Shown: positions 18,903-28,824, counted from the stretch's first letter. The stretch: 64,000 nucleotides of DNA from Gammaproteobacteria bacterium (GCA_032251315.1 JAVVEE010000002.1:13332-77331), one strand, 5' to 3'. The notes: generated by a model not told the origin, from the sequence alone. A program made the numbers and translations.

Positions 18903-20020
18903 TGTGCATTCACCTTATCCAGCGGTGCGGTTGACGACTTTCGACGGCGAAAGGCATAGCCGCTGCGCTTTAGCAGAATTACTAACAGAATCAGAGCGAC
19001 AATATGCACCCACCAGGTGCCGAACCAGATCGGTACGCGCTCCTTAATCACCCAGTTGGAGGCCATGCTTAGCAGATTTGAGTAAACCAGATACAGTAAT
19101 ACCGCCCAGGCCATGTTGGCGAAACGTCCACTGCGCGGCGTCGTCTGGCTGAGCGGCAACGCCAGCAATGCAATAATCAGCGTGGCCACCGGCACGGTCA
19201 GCCGCCATTGTAATTCGGCCTGATGCCGAAGCACGTCTGAGCGCCACAGCTGCTCACTGGGCAGCGCTTTCACCGACAGCGCGGTATCAATATCTTTGGA
19301 GCCGGGTACATAAACACCATACTCCTGATATTCGGTAATTTTGTAATCGCGCCTGCCCGGCTGCCCTTCGTAATGCGTACCTGATTCCATCACCAGATAG
19401 TCGCGGCCGCTTTCGTCATGCTGATAGCGCGCACGTGTCGCGATATCGACGTGCGCAATATTGTCTCTGACCTGCTGATAAAACACGTGATCCATAATCT
19501 GACCACTATCGCGCTGCGATTCCAGAAAGAAGATGGCATTGCCTTCACGCGACTGATTAAAGCGCCCGGCAAACAGAACGCTGAGCTCAGTACGGTTTTT
19601 CACTTCGGTCATCATTTCGTCGCGTTGCTCGACCACCGAGGGGATAAAAAACAGCGTGAAATAGAACATCAGCAAGGTCGTCGGTAACGCCACCAGCAAC
19701 AGTGGGCGATACCATTGTGCCGGTCCCAGCCCGGCGGACATGACGGCGGTCATCTCGCTATCATTATATAAACGCCCGAAGGCCAGCAAAATCCCCAGCA
19801 ACAAACTCAGCGGAACCAGCATGACGGCGAACTCATAGGAGTTATTCAGCAGCAGCCAGAAAAACATGTCCACCGGAATGCGCCCGTCGACCAGCCAGGC
19901 CAGTAAGCGCGTGGCATCGGCGCTTACTACCACGATCGCCAGTACGAACAGCACGGAGAGCCAGGAAGTTAGAATCTCCCGGCCGATATAGCGATCAATG
20001 ATGGATAAATGTTTTTTCAC
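18899..20020 (-). CDS. lptF: LPS export ABC transporter permease LptF
   Basis: It is a YjgP/YjgQ family member (SIIDRYIGREIL) divergent from pepA, as in most gammaproteobacteria. I chose the GTG at 20020; the ORF track ATG at 20083 adds 21 unconserved residues. Confidence 0.85.
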   Translation of the reverse strand: MKKHLSIIDRYIGREILTSWLSVLFVLAIVVVSADATRLLAWLVDGRIPVDMFFWLLLNNSYEFAVMLVPLSLLLGILLAFGRLYNDSEMTAVMSAGLGPAQWYRPLLLVALPTTLLMFYFTLFFIPSVVEQRDEMMTEVKNRTELSVLFAGRFNQSREGNAIFFLESQRDSGQIMDHVFYQQVRDNIAHVDIATRARYQHDESGRDYLVMESGTHYEGQPGRRDYKITEYQEYGVYVPGSKDIDTALSVKALPSEQLWRSDVLRHQAELQWRLTVPVATLIIALLALPLSQTTPRSGRFANMAWAVLLYLVYSNLLSMASNWVIKERVPIWFGTWWVHIVALILLVILLKRSGYAFRRRKSSTAPLDKVNAQ

Positions 20021-20118
20021 GTACTCTCTCTTTAAGCTGGCATTATCACATTGACTACACGACAATGCATTAATTGCATACAATCTACCTCTGTTAATTT
20101 AAGACTCCGGAGAAATTC

Positions 20119-21627
20119 ATGGAATACACCGTAAAAAGCGGCAGCCCTGAAAAACAGCGTATTGGATGCGTTGTTGCGGCTGTTTACGCCTCACGTAAAC
20201 TTTCACCCTCAGCCAAAATTCTAGACGAAGTGAGCGGCGGTGTAATATCAAATCTGGTTCGCCGCGGCGAGATCGAGGGCGATCTGGGCCAGACCTTATT
20301 ATTGCATAATCTTGAGAACACGCTTTGTGATCGGGTGCTGCTGGTCGGCTGTGGCAAGGAAAAAGATATAACCACCCCCAATTTCCGCAAAATCAACCAG
20401 ACCATGGTGAAGCGCCTGCAAGCCAGTGGTGCAACCGAAATCGCATCCTACCTGACTGAAGTGCCGGTTAAACGCCGTGACATTACCTGGAAAATCGGAC
20501 AGTCCATCGAAGCCATTGATGAATGCCTGTACGAGTTCAAGCAGCTGAAAACCGACAAGTCCTCTCCGCGTCGTCCACTGAGAAAATTCATCTTCAGCGT
20601 TTCCGGCCGAGGCCAGCTCGCTGATGGTGAAATCGCCGTCAGAAACAGCATGGCGATTTCGACTGGCATCAAGCTCAGCAAAGACCTTTCCAACCTGCCC
20701 GGCAACATCTGCACGCCGGCTTATCTGGCCAAGCAGGCCACTACTCTGCAACAACAGTATCCCAAGATAAAAACCACCATTCTCGATGAAGATGAGATGG
20801 AAAAACAGGGCATGGGCTCTCTGCTGGCTGTATCTCGCGGCAGCAGCGAGCCGGCAAAATTAATTGTTATCGAATACCTGGCCGGCGCTAAAGACCAGGA
20901 GCCGGTAGTGCTGGTGGGCAAAGGCGTCACCTTTGATTCGGGCGGTATCAGCCTTAAACCCGGTGGTGCCATGGATGAAATGAAATATGACATGTGTGGC
21001 GCTGCCAGCGTGTTGGGCACTATCAGTGCCTGTGCCGAATTACAGCTGCCGATGAACATTGTCTGCCTCGTTCCCACGGTGGAAAACATGCCCGGCAGCA
21101 GCGCCATCAAGCCTGGTGATATCGTCACCAGCATGTCCGGCAAGAGCATCGAAATTCTCAACACCGATGCCGAAGGCCGTTTGATTTTATGCGACGCGCT
21201 GACTTACGCGGAAAAATATAATCCTGCTGTAGTCATTGATGTCGCCACGCTAACCGGTGCCTGCATCGTTGCCCTGGGCGCGCATCCTGCGGGCCTGCTG
21301 GGCAACCATAACCCGCTGATTCACGACCTGCTCAACGCCGGTGAGAAGAGCGGCGACCGTTGCTGGGAACTGCCCCTGTGGGACGACTATCAGGAAGAAC
21401 TGGATAGCAACTTTGCCGACATGGCCAACATCGGCGGCAAGGGCGCGGGCACCATTACCGCCGCCTGCTTCCTCTCGCGTTTCACCAAAAAATATCACTG
21501 GGCGCATCTCGATATCGCCGGTGTCGCATGGAAAAGCGGCAAACAGAAGGGTGCCACCGGTCGACCGGTCAGCCTGCTAATGCAGTACATTCTTGATCGC
21601 TTCAAAGCTGCCAATCAGCCCTCATAA
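20119..21627 (+). CDS. pepA: Leucyl aminopeptidase (M17)
   Basis: The 502-aa ORF has the motif NTDAEGRLILCD and the VGKGVTFDSGG metal-binding region. Confidence 0.93.
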   Translation: MEYTVKSGSPEKQRIGCVVAAVYASRKLSPSAKILDEVSGGVISNLVRRGEIEGDLGQTLLLHNLENTLCDRVLLVGCGKEKDITTPNFRKINQTMVKRLQASGATEIASYLTEVPVKRRDITWKIGQSIEAIDECLYEFKQLKTDKSSPRRPLRKFIFSVSGRGQLADGEIAVRNSMAISTGIKLSKDLSNLPGNICTPAYLAKQATTLQQQYPKIKTTILDEDEMEKQGMGSLLAVSRGSSEPAKLIVIEYLAGAKDQEPVVLVGKGVTFDSGGISLKPGGAMDEMKYDMCGAASVLGTISACAELQLPMNIVCLVPTVENMPGSSAIKPGDIVTSMSGKSIEILNTDAEGRLILCDALTYAEKYNPAVVIDVATLTGACIVALGAHPAGLLGNHNPLIHDLLNAGEKSGDRCWELPLWDDYQEELDSNFADMANIGGKGAGTITAACFLSRFTKKYHWAHLDIAGVAWKSGKQKGATGRPVSLLMQYILDRFKAANQPS

Positions 21628-21631
21628 TGAT

Positions 21632-22084
21632 ATGGTGAACGAGACAACCGTACCGCGCGTGGACTTCTATCTACTGGCAGAAGAGAACATGCAAAGCCTG
21701 CATTTTTTCTGTTGCCGGTTGACCGAGAAGGCGTGGCGATTGGGGCACTCTGTTTTTATTCGCACCGAAAACGATGCGGAAACAGAATCGCTTGATGCAT
21801 TGATGTGGCGTTACAGTGAGCACAGTTTTCTGCCGCATGTGCGCTGGGGCGATGAACATGAAACTGAAACCCCGATTATCATCGCGAGCAAAATCGAACC
21901 CACCCACAGCTACGATTTATTAATCAATCTGGCCGGCGACATTCCCCTGCGCAAGGAGCACTGCCCGCGCATTGCTGAAATCATCAGCGCCGACGCCGAG
22001 CGTAAAAAACAGGGTCGCCTGCGTTATGCGCAGTATGAGAAAAACAATTATTCTCTAAAACACTATAATATCAACAACACATAA
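21632..22084 (+). CDS. holC: DNA polymerase III subunit chi
   Basis: It begins with (V)DFYLL like other chi subunits, has chi-like length and follows the pepA-holC-valS synteny. The ATG at 21632 follows the pepA stop; the ORF track start at 21593 overlaps pepA. Confidence 0.8.
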   Translation: MVNETTVPRVDFYLLAEENMQSLHFFCCRLTEKAWRLGHSVFIRTENDAETESLDALMWRYSEHSFLPHVRWGDEHETETPIIIASKIEPTHSYDLLINLAGDIPLRKEHCPRIAEIISADAERKKQGRLRYAQYEKNNYSLKHYNINNT

Positions 22085-22110
22085 TGTCTCACCTCATCCA
22101 CGGTTAAGTC

Positions 22111-22479
22111 ATGTCAGACGAAAAGCACAAAAACATCCCGACACTGGAAGATGTTGTTCAGCCGGGCAAGGAAAAAGAGGAAGTGCCGGCCAAAGCCAAA
22201 CGCGAGGCCAGTGACCGTCGGAGTGAAGATCGTCGCAAAAAACAGGTTCCTCTGCCCGAGGCACAGGGCGAGCGTCGCGTTAGCGAACGTCGCAGCACAA
22301 CGCGCCGTAGTGTCGATCAGCGCCGCAGCGAAGAGATGAATGAGCTGGTGGAAAAAATCATGCAGGACATGATGCCTGACCTGGAACAGCATCTGTTTCT
22401 GCAACTGCGTTTCGAGCTGCAAAAATACATCCCGAAGATCCTCAGCGAATTCAAGGACAGGGACGAGAACGAAGAATAG
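22111..22479 (+). CDS. Hypothetical highly charged protein with (D/E)RR repeats
   Basis: The 122-aa ORF has five D/E-R-R units over residues 34-75 followed by a predicted helical C-terminus. It sits between holC and valS. Confidence 0.55.
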   Translation: MSDEKHKNIPTLEDVVQPGKEKEEVPAKAKREASDRRSEDRRKKQVPLPEAQGERRVSERRSTTRRSVDQRRSEEMNELVEKIMQDMMPDLEQHLFLQLRFELQKYIPKILSEFKDRDENEE

Positions 22480-22541
22480 GCTCTCAATTCATGCCTGATA
22501 CAACTACGCTGCCGTATTTGGATATTTAAAAAAAGCATTTG

Positions 22542-22670
22542 CCGCAGAGGCGCAGAGAAAAGCTTATTTTATATAAATCGAGTTAGCATCTAAGGCTCAC
22601 ACCAATACTAATCATAAATATATTCAAATCAACTAACGATGGTTTTCTCCGCGCCTCTGCGCCTCTGCGG
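22542..22670. repeat. Family A palindromic element, complete copy (16/24-nt arms, 89-nt AT-rich loop)
   Basis: ccgcagaggcgcagag (22542-22557) pairs with ctctgcgcctctgcgg (22655-22670). The right arm carries one extra GCGCCTC unit. Confidence 0.8.
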
Positions 22671-22812
22671 TAAAAAAGATTTCAGCTCATAATCAACACC
22701 AGCCTCACATTCATGGCGGTGACACATGCCATCGGAGCTGTGCATACGGTATAATCTCCGCCTTTTAAGCCATCACGCCGCACAGGCCTTCTTCAACGAA
22801 GCATATTCGCCC

Positions 22813-25638
22813 ATGGAAAAAACCTACAACCCGAAAGCCATCGAACAGAACTGGTACCAGACCTGGGAAGACAACGGCTATTTCGCGCCTCAAGATAATG
22901 CCGACGCCAACGCCTACAGCATTATGATTCCGCCGCCCAATGTCACCGGCAACCTGCATATGGGCCACGGTTTTAACAATACCGTGATGGACACGCTGAT
23001 CCGTTATCACCGCATGAAAGGTGACAACACGCTCTGGCAGCCGGGCACCGATCACGCCGGTATCGCCACGCAAATGGTGGTTGAGCGCCAGCTGGAAGCG
23101 GAAGGCAAAACCCGTCACGATCTGGGCCGTGAAGCCTTTATCGAACGAATCTGGGAATGGAAAAAGGAGTCCGGCGGCAACATTACCCGTCAACTGCGCC
23201 GCCTGGGTTCCTCGCTGGACTGGCAGCACGAACGTTTCACCATGGATGATGGCCTGTCTGAATCGGTGAAGGAAGTTTTCGTGCGGCTGTACGAAGAGGG
23301 GCTGATTTATCGCGGCAAGCGCCTGGTCAACTGGGATACCAAGCTGCACACTGCGGTGTCTGACCTGGAAGTGCTCAACGAAGAAGAAAACGGCCACATG
23401 TGGTACATGCGTTACCCGCTCAGCAATGGTCAGGGGTATTTGGTCGTTGCCACAACCCGCCCGGAAACCCTGTTAGGTGATTGCGCGGTGGCGATTAATC
23501 CGGAGGATGAGCGTTACAAACACATGATCGGCGAGCTGCTGGAACTGCCACTCACCGGCCGTAAAATTCCGATCATTGCCGATGAAGAACATGTCGATCC
23601 CGAATTCGGCACCGGCTGCGTAAAAATCACACCGGCGCACGATTTCAACGACTATGCCGTCTGGCAACGCCATCGCGACGAGGTCGCCATCAGCAACCAG
23701 CTGCACGGCGGCCTGATTAATATCTTTACCAGCAACGCTGCAATTCGCGAAAACGACGAGGACGAGAATAGCCTCATCCCCGCCCGGTATATCGGCCTGG
23801 ATCGTTACGCGGCGCGCAAACAGATCGTCGCTGATCTGGATGCAGCGGGTCTACTGGAGAAAGTGGTCGACCATAAACTGGTGGTGCCGCGCGGCGATCG
23901 TTCCGGCACGGTGATCGAACCTTTCCTCACCGATCAGTGGTACGTGAAAGTAGCGCCTCTGGCCAAACCGGCGATAGCGGCGGTGGAAAGCGGAAAGATT
24001 CGCTTTGTTCCGGACAACTGGAAAAACACCTATTACGACTGGATGAACAACATTCAGGACTGGTGCATCAGCCGCCAGATCTGGTGGGGGCATCGGATTC
24101 CCGCCTGGTACGATGAGGAAGGCAATATTTATGTGGGGCGCAATGAAGCAGAAGTGCGGGCCAAACACAATCTCGACACTGACTATCCACTGCGTCAGGA
24201 CGAAGATGTGCTCGACACCTGGTTCTCTTCCGCGCTGTGGCCATTTTCAACCCTCGGCTGGCCGCAGCAGACTCAACGACTGGAAATGTTTTATCCCACC
24301 AGCGTGCTGGTCACCGGTTTCGATATTATCTTCTTCTGGGTCGCGCGCATGATCATGATGGGGCTGAAATTTATGGACGATGTGCCCTTTCACGAAGTCT
24401 ATGTGCATGGTCTGGTGCGCGATTCTTTCGGCCAGAAAATGTCCAAATCAAAAGGCAATGTGCTCGACCCCATTGACCTGATTGACGGCATCGATCTGGA
24501 AGCACTGGTGGCCAAGCGCACCGCCAATATGATGCAGCCCGAACTGGCCGAGAAGATCGAAAAACAGACGCGCAAGGAGTTCCCCGACGGCATTCCTGCT
24601 TTTGGCACCGATGCTTTGCGCTTTACCTTTGCTGCGCTCGCATCCACCGGTCGCGATGTGCGTTTCGATTTACACCGCGTCGAAGGCTATCGCAACTTCT
24701 GCAACAAATTGTGGAACGCCACCCGTTATGTGCTGATGCAGACCGAGGACAAGGATACCGGCATCGACAACAACGACATTGAATTGTCACTCCCCGACCG
24801 CTGGATTATCTCCCGCCTGCAACACGTGGAAGAGAACGTCGGCGCGCATATCGAAAAATACCGCTTCGACCTCGCCGCCAGCGACCTCTACACCTTTGTC
24901 TGGGATGATTACTGCGACTGGTATCTGGAGCTATCCAAACCCATTCTGTTCAACGAACAGACCTCTGAAGCCGCTCAACGCGGTACGCGCCAAACGCTGG
25001 TGAGGGTGCTGGAGACCATTTTGCGTCTCAACCATCCCATCATGCCCTTCATTACCGAAGAGCTCTGGCAGATGGTGGCACCGTTAGCCGGCAAGTCGGG
25101 TGACACCATTATGATTCAGCCCTTCCCCGTGGCTGATCCCGACAAAATCGATGTCACCAGTGAGCAGGAGCTGGAGTGGGTGAAAAACTTCATTACCGGA
25201 GTGCGCAAAATTCGCTCCGAAATGGACATTGCACCGGGCAAGCCCCTGCCGGTGCTACTGCAAAACGCCGGCGATAATGACAAAACCTGCTTCGAGAGCA
25301 ATCAGAGTTTCATCAAAACGCTGGGCAAACTGGAATCGGTCACCTGGCTGGGCGCTGCCGACAACGCACCTGAATCGGCCACGGCGCTGGTGGGAGAGAT
25401 GCAGATTCTAATTCCGCTCGCCGGCCTGATCGATAAGGAAGCGGAGCTGGCCCGTCTGGAAAAAGAGATCGGCAAGCTGCGCGGCAACATCGAGAAAGGC
25501 GAAGCCAAATTACAGAACCCCGGTTTTGTCGACAAGGCACCGCCGGCGGTGGTCGATAAGGAGCGCCAGCGACTGGCGGAGCTGTCCCGATCATTGCAGC
25601 AGCTGGAGCAGCAGGCTGAAAAAATCCGTTCGCTCTAG
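22813..25638 (+). CDS. valS: Valine--tRNA ligase
   Basis: It has the class I HIGH (NLHMGH) and KMSKS motifs and a C-terminal coiled coil. The start [15 protein letters not shown] at 22813 is the conserved N-terminus; the ORF track start at 22726 is an extension. Confidence 0.95.
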   Translation: MEKTYNPKAIEQNWYQTWEDNGYFAPQDNADANAYSIMIPPPNVTGNLHMGHGFNNTVMDTLIRYHRMKGDNTLWQPGTDHAGIATQMVVERQLEAEGKTRHDLGREAFIERIWEWKKESGGNITRQLRRLGSSLDWQHERFTMDDGLSESVKEVFVRLYEEGLIYRGKRLVNWDTKLHTAVSDLEVLNEEENGHMWYMRYPLSNGQGYLVVATTRPETLLGDCAVAINPEDERYKHMIGELLELPLTGRKIPIIADEEHVDPEFGTGCVKITPAHDFNDYAVWQRHRDEVAISNQLHGGLINIFTSNAAIRENDEDENSLIPARYIGLDRYAARKQIVADLDAAGLLEKVVDHKLVVPRGDRSGTVIEPFLTDQWYVKVAPLAKPAIAAVESGKIRFVPDNWKNTYYDWMNNIQDWCISRQIWWGHRIPAWYDEEGNIYVGRNEAEVRAKHNLDTDYPLRQDEDVLDTWFSSALWPFSTLGWPQQTQRLEMFYPTSVLVTGFDIIFFWVARMIMMGLKFMDDVPFHEVYVHGLVRDSFGQKMSKSKGNVLDPIDLIDGIDLEALVAKRTANMMQPELAEKIEKQTRKEFPDGIPAFGTDALRFTFAALASTGRDVRFDLHRVEGYRNFCNKLWNATRYVLMQTEDKDTGIDNNDIELSLPDRWIISRLQHVEENVGAHIEKYRFDLAASDLYTFVWDDYCDWYLELSKPILFNEQTSEAAQRGTRQTLVRVLETILRLNHPIMPFITEELWQMVAPLAGKSGDTIMIQPFPVADPDKIDVTSEQELEWVKNFITGVRKIRSEMDIAPGKPLPVLLQNAGDNDKTCFESNQSFIKTLGKLESVTWLGAADNAPESATALVGEMQILIPLAGLIDKEAELARLEKEIGKLRGNIEKGEAKLQNPGFVDKAPPAVVDKERQRLAELSRSLQQLEQQAEKIRSL

Positions 25639-25926
25639 CATTCTGCGCTTTAACCGGCGAAGGGGGTTAACTGCCCGATTTCAGGTGTTGATGAAGAAAA
25701 ATGAGCCAAAAAAGCGTTTTTTAGGCCGTTTTTAGCGCCGATTTCGGTGATTTCAGCCTATTAACATATTTCTATCATGGTATTTAAATACCCCTCATAA
25801 TGCCACTATGCCCCACGGCTATCCCGGTTCAAAGACCCACCGTTTTTCATGTCACCGGCGCATCAGAGCTTGATCGTATATAACGACGGCGTTAACCTCC
25901 GCACTCCAGCATAAAAAGAGAACATT

Positions 25927-26478
25927 ATGGCTACGCCCGACAAAAGAGAACAAATCCTGCAAACGCATGCCGGACTCATCCTTGCCATCATACAGAGCAT
26001 CCACAATCATACTTTACGACCACAACTGGAGCAGGTATTGAAACAGTCTGAACAAAATGGCTGGGGCACTCTGGTAGCGGTGATTCGCAAAATCGTCGAC
26101 GGCAACCGCGACTCCAGACTGTTAGAGGGGCTGGATGATGAAGATCGAATTATTGTTGATAGCATCCTGCAAGGCCTGCAGGATCCCAGTACGCTGCCTG
26201 ACCCGGAACAGAAGGCCGACGCCACCAAGGCCGCGCCCATGCTGGCCCAGCTCATCAATGACGCCAGCCGTGGTGATCACGATGCTGTCATTATGCTGGG
26301 CGGACTGGCCGAACAGATGTCAGCCGCCGGAGGCGACCTCGCCAACCTCAGCGCCACCATCAAGAGTATGATCGACGGTGAACGCAGCATCGACAAATTA
26401 TGCAGCCGCATGGGGCCACAGGGGGAATCACTGATCACCGCGATTATTACCGAACTCAGCCACCTTGATACTCATTAG
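25927..26478 (+). CDS. Hypothetical protein with an internal ~33-aa duplication
   Basis: The 183-aa ORF contains IRKIVDGNRDSRLLEGLDDEDRIIVDSILQGL and the similar IKSMIDGERSIDKLCSRMGPQGESLITAIITEL. I recognise no family. Confidence 0.5.
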   Translation: MATPDKREQILQTHAGLILAIIQSIHNHTLRPQLEQVLKQSEQNGWGTLVAVIRKIVDGNRDSRLLEGLDDEDRIIVDSILQGLQDPSTLPDPEQKADATKAAPMLAQLINDASRGDHDAVIMLGGLAEQMSAAGGDLANLSATIKSMIDGERSIDKLCSRMGPQGESLITAIITELSHLDTH

Positions 26479-26486
26479 TATCAAAC

Positions 26487-26511
26487 ATAGTTGGCAGTTG
26501 GCAGTTAAAAG
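26487..26511 (+). repeat. 25-nt motif ATAGTTGGCAGTTGGCAGTTAAAAG, 8 nt downstream of the stop codon
   Basis: It is identical to the reverse complement of 177-201. Confidence 0.7.
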
Positions 26512-26601
26512 TATAGGCTTTCTGGCAGAATTTGCAGATTTACCCCCTCTCCCACGGGCGGTATCTTTCAAGATAGTTGTCGCCTAAAAGTTTAAAAGCT
26601 A

Positions 26602-26685
26602 GTCCGCCAAAAACGCGAAAGACGCAAAAAAAACCGTTTGTATTATTGTTTTGCCCTTTTCGCGTCCTTCGCGTTTTTCGCGGAC
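26602..26685. repeat. Palindromic element, A-rich variant of family A (28-nt arms, 3 mismatches)
   Basis: gtccgccaaaaacgcgaaagacgcaaaa pairs with ttttcgcgtccttcgcgtttttcgcggac. It shares the skeleton CCGC-N5/6-CGCG-N2/3-GACGC with the 13270 copy. Confidence 0.65.
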
Positions 26686-26721
26686 AGCATTTTTTAGAAC
26701 CTGCAAAACCACAGACTCAAC

Positions 26722-27363
26722 TCAATGCTCGCCTTTAGTTCGCATTAATCCGGCCAGCCGGTTGCCCTGTTTCTGCGGCCCGCCGCGCGGGAACAGTTGA
26801 TGCAGATATTGGCTACCGCCCCTGTCTTTACCCCACTGCTCACGAAAATGTTTGATCATGTCGCGCACACTGGCCTGAACCCCGTGCGTTTCATACCAGT
26901 GACGCTGGAAACGAATAACCTCCCAGTGCTCGCTATTGAGTTGCAGACCTTCCTGTTTGGCCTGCTGGCGCACAAACTCTTCGCTCCAGTCACTCGGGTC
27001 GACCAGATAGCCTTCGCTGTCGGTTATTACTTCGCGATCACCAACCATAATTCGGCGCGTAGTCATATTGGGGTAGGCGTTACTGCCGCTGGTTTGATTG
27101 TTTGCGGCACCTTCTGAGCTGTAGCCGGTTTCGGTGAGGCTCCACAGATCAATCTCGATTTCACCGTCCAGTCGCCCCTGATAGCGCTCCATGCCGGAGA
27201 CCAGAATCTTACCGCTGCACGGAGGGATATCGAAGCAGGCCTTGCCGGAGCGGTCGGTCGGCACCGGCCCGATATGCCTGTTGTCTTCATCCAGTATCAG
27301 CTCCACTGGCGTACGCTTTAACGGCTGGTGACTGAATTTCATTACCACGTTTACACAGACCAT
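26722..27363 (-). CDS. DsrC/TusE-family protein lacking both conserved C-terminal cysteines, fused to a ~105-aa N-terminal domain of unknown function
   Basis: The C-terminal ~105 aa align with E. coli TusE (EGYL..P.DWSE, EHWEV(I/V)RF, YL..LFP.G). The tail reads ...AGLMRTKGEH instead of ...P.KC(I/V). A GAGGAG Shine-Dalgarno lies 9 nt upstream, inside the end of the CBS gene. Confidence 0.7.
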   Translation of the reverse strand: MVCVNVVMKFSHQPLKRTPVELILDEDNRHIGPVPTDRSGKACFDIPPCSGKILVSGMERYQGRLDGEIEIDLWSLTETGYSSEGAANNQTSGSNAYPNMTTRRIMVGDREVITDSEGYLVDPSDWSEEFVRQQAKQEGLQLNSEHWEVIRFQRHWYETHGVQASVRDMIKHFREQWGKDRGGSQYLHQLFPRGGPQKQGNRLAGLMRTKGEH

Positions 27364-27369
27364 AACAAT

Positions 27370-27981
27370 TTACTCCTCGCTGTCTGATTTAAAATGATCG
27401 AAAAATACCCGAACCAGATCAGATCGGGTGATCAGGCCGACGACGTGGCGCGCTTCATCGCAGACCACAAGACGCCTGATCTTATGCTGCTTCATTACCT
27501 CCAGCGCCTGATGCAGGGTTTGCTGTGGCGAGACGGTGATGACCTTGCTCACCATAAGATCGGCGACCCGCCCCTCGAACTCACGCACTTCCAGATGATG
27601 GTTGAACATGCTTTCCAGCGTTTGCCACAGACTATGGTCGGGATGCCGCGAGGGCATACCCAGTGCATGTAAGAAATCGGCTTCAGTAATAATGCCTACC
27701 AGTCGATTGTCTTTATCAACTACCGGCAAGCCGCTAATTTTCAGCGTCACCAGAAGATGGGCCGCTTCCGAAAGTGAACAATTGGCCTGCACGGTTGTTA
27801 CCGGTTGCATCATTATTTTCTCTACCGGCACGCCCTCGGAGTTGCGTATGCGGGCATACCTTTCCGCCGAATGGTAAAGCTGCATAAGATCATCCACCGA
27901 GACATCGATATAGGTGCCCAGCTCCTGCAAAGCCATGGCAAAATCATCCGGCTGTAGTTTTTGTTCATCTTGATCACTCAT
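27370..27981 (-). CDS. CBS-pair domain protein
   Basis: The 203-aa ORF has two CBS repeats (VTTV....L.EA..L.....ISGLPVVD... and VITVSP...L..A.E.M..H.IRRLVV.D). It lies in an operon with the HPP gene. Confidence 0.8.
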   Translation of the reverse strand: MSDQDEQKLQPDDFAMALQELGTYIDVSVDDLMQLYHSAERYARIRNSEGVPVEKIMMQPVTTVQANCSLSEAAHLLVTLKISGLPVVDKDNRLVGIITEADFLHALGMPSRHPDHSLWQTLESMFNHHLEVREFEGRVADLMVSKVITVSPQQTLHQALEVMKQHKIRRLVVCDEARHVVGLITRSDLVRVFFDHFKSDSEE

Positions 27982-28034
27982 GCCCTACTCCTGCTGTTGG
28001 TTGCTGCAAAGCGCACTGCTACCGGTTTCTCTGG

Positions 28035-28766
28035 CTAACTTCGGGAAGCCTTAAGTAGCTCGCTCAGCCTGTTTTCTCTAGCCAGACGATAAATCTCTTC
28101 CAGATCCTGGCTGCTGATATCGACCGTGCCGGCCATCGCCTGAAGCGCTGTTTCCAGATCGCTTTCGCTCAGATTATCCGCTGTGGTTTCGTGCACATCC
28201 GTCTTGGCGGTAGGGCGAACCGTCAGCGCCACCGGGTAACGACGCCAGCTAAAAGCGTAGTTAAACATTATCGCGATCAGCACGATGACCACAGCATTGA
28301 GCAGTACCGGAGTGAGCACGTAGTAAAAACCCAGCGCCTGTATATTCGCACCGCCGATAACAGCGGTCAGCGCGGTCGCACCACCCGGCGGATGGATGCA
28401 ACGCAGATAATGCATAGCGCCAATCGCCGCCGCCACGGCAACTGCCGCTGCCAGCATCGGTATCGGAATCCAGCGCGCGCAGGCCACGCCGATAACGGCG
28501 GAGATCAGGTGCCCGCCCACCACGGCCCAGGGCTGCGATAACGGCCCATGTGGAACCGCGAACACCAGCACCGCCGTAGCGCCCATTGAAGCCACCACCC
28601 AGGCCACCTCCTGCTCGCCCAGAAACTGCCGGCTAATCAGGGTGATTCCCAGAATACCGAACAGCCCGCCGAGCGCGGAGATCCATTTTTCCAGGTGGCC
28701 GGTCTTGTTACTCTCGAAGCCGATAAAGTGTTTGAAATTCATGAACATGTTATTAGATGACTGCAT
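28035..28766 (-). CDS. HPP family integral membrane protein
   Basis: The 243-aa ORF has 4-5 TM segments and the family-defining HPPGGATAL motif, plus a ~55-aa soluble tail. Confidence 0.8.
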   Translation of the reverse strand: MQSSNNMFMNFKHFIGFESNKTGHLEKWISALGGLFGILGITLISRQFLGEQEVAWVVASMGATAVLVFAVPHGPLSQPWAVVGGHLISAVIGVACARWIPIPMLAAAVAVAAAIGAMHYLRCIHPPGGATALTAVIGGANIQALGFYYVLTPVLLNAVVIVLIAIMFNYAFSWRRYPVALTVRPTAKTDVHETTADNLSESDLETALQAMAGTVDISSQDLEEIYRLARENRLSELLKASRS

Positions 28767-28824
28767 GGTTGAAGTATATTAGCTTTCTTTAATATCAGGC
28801 AAACGATTTTTACTGGACATTAGT

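Noticed and set aside
75-26685. Possibility that the recurring palindromic repeats are a CRISPR array
   Set aside because: The copies are dispersed singly over 26 kb in different intergenic regions, have variable arm lengths and are not regularly spaced with unique spacers. No cas genes are present.
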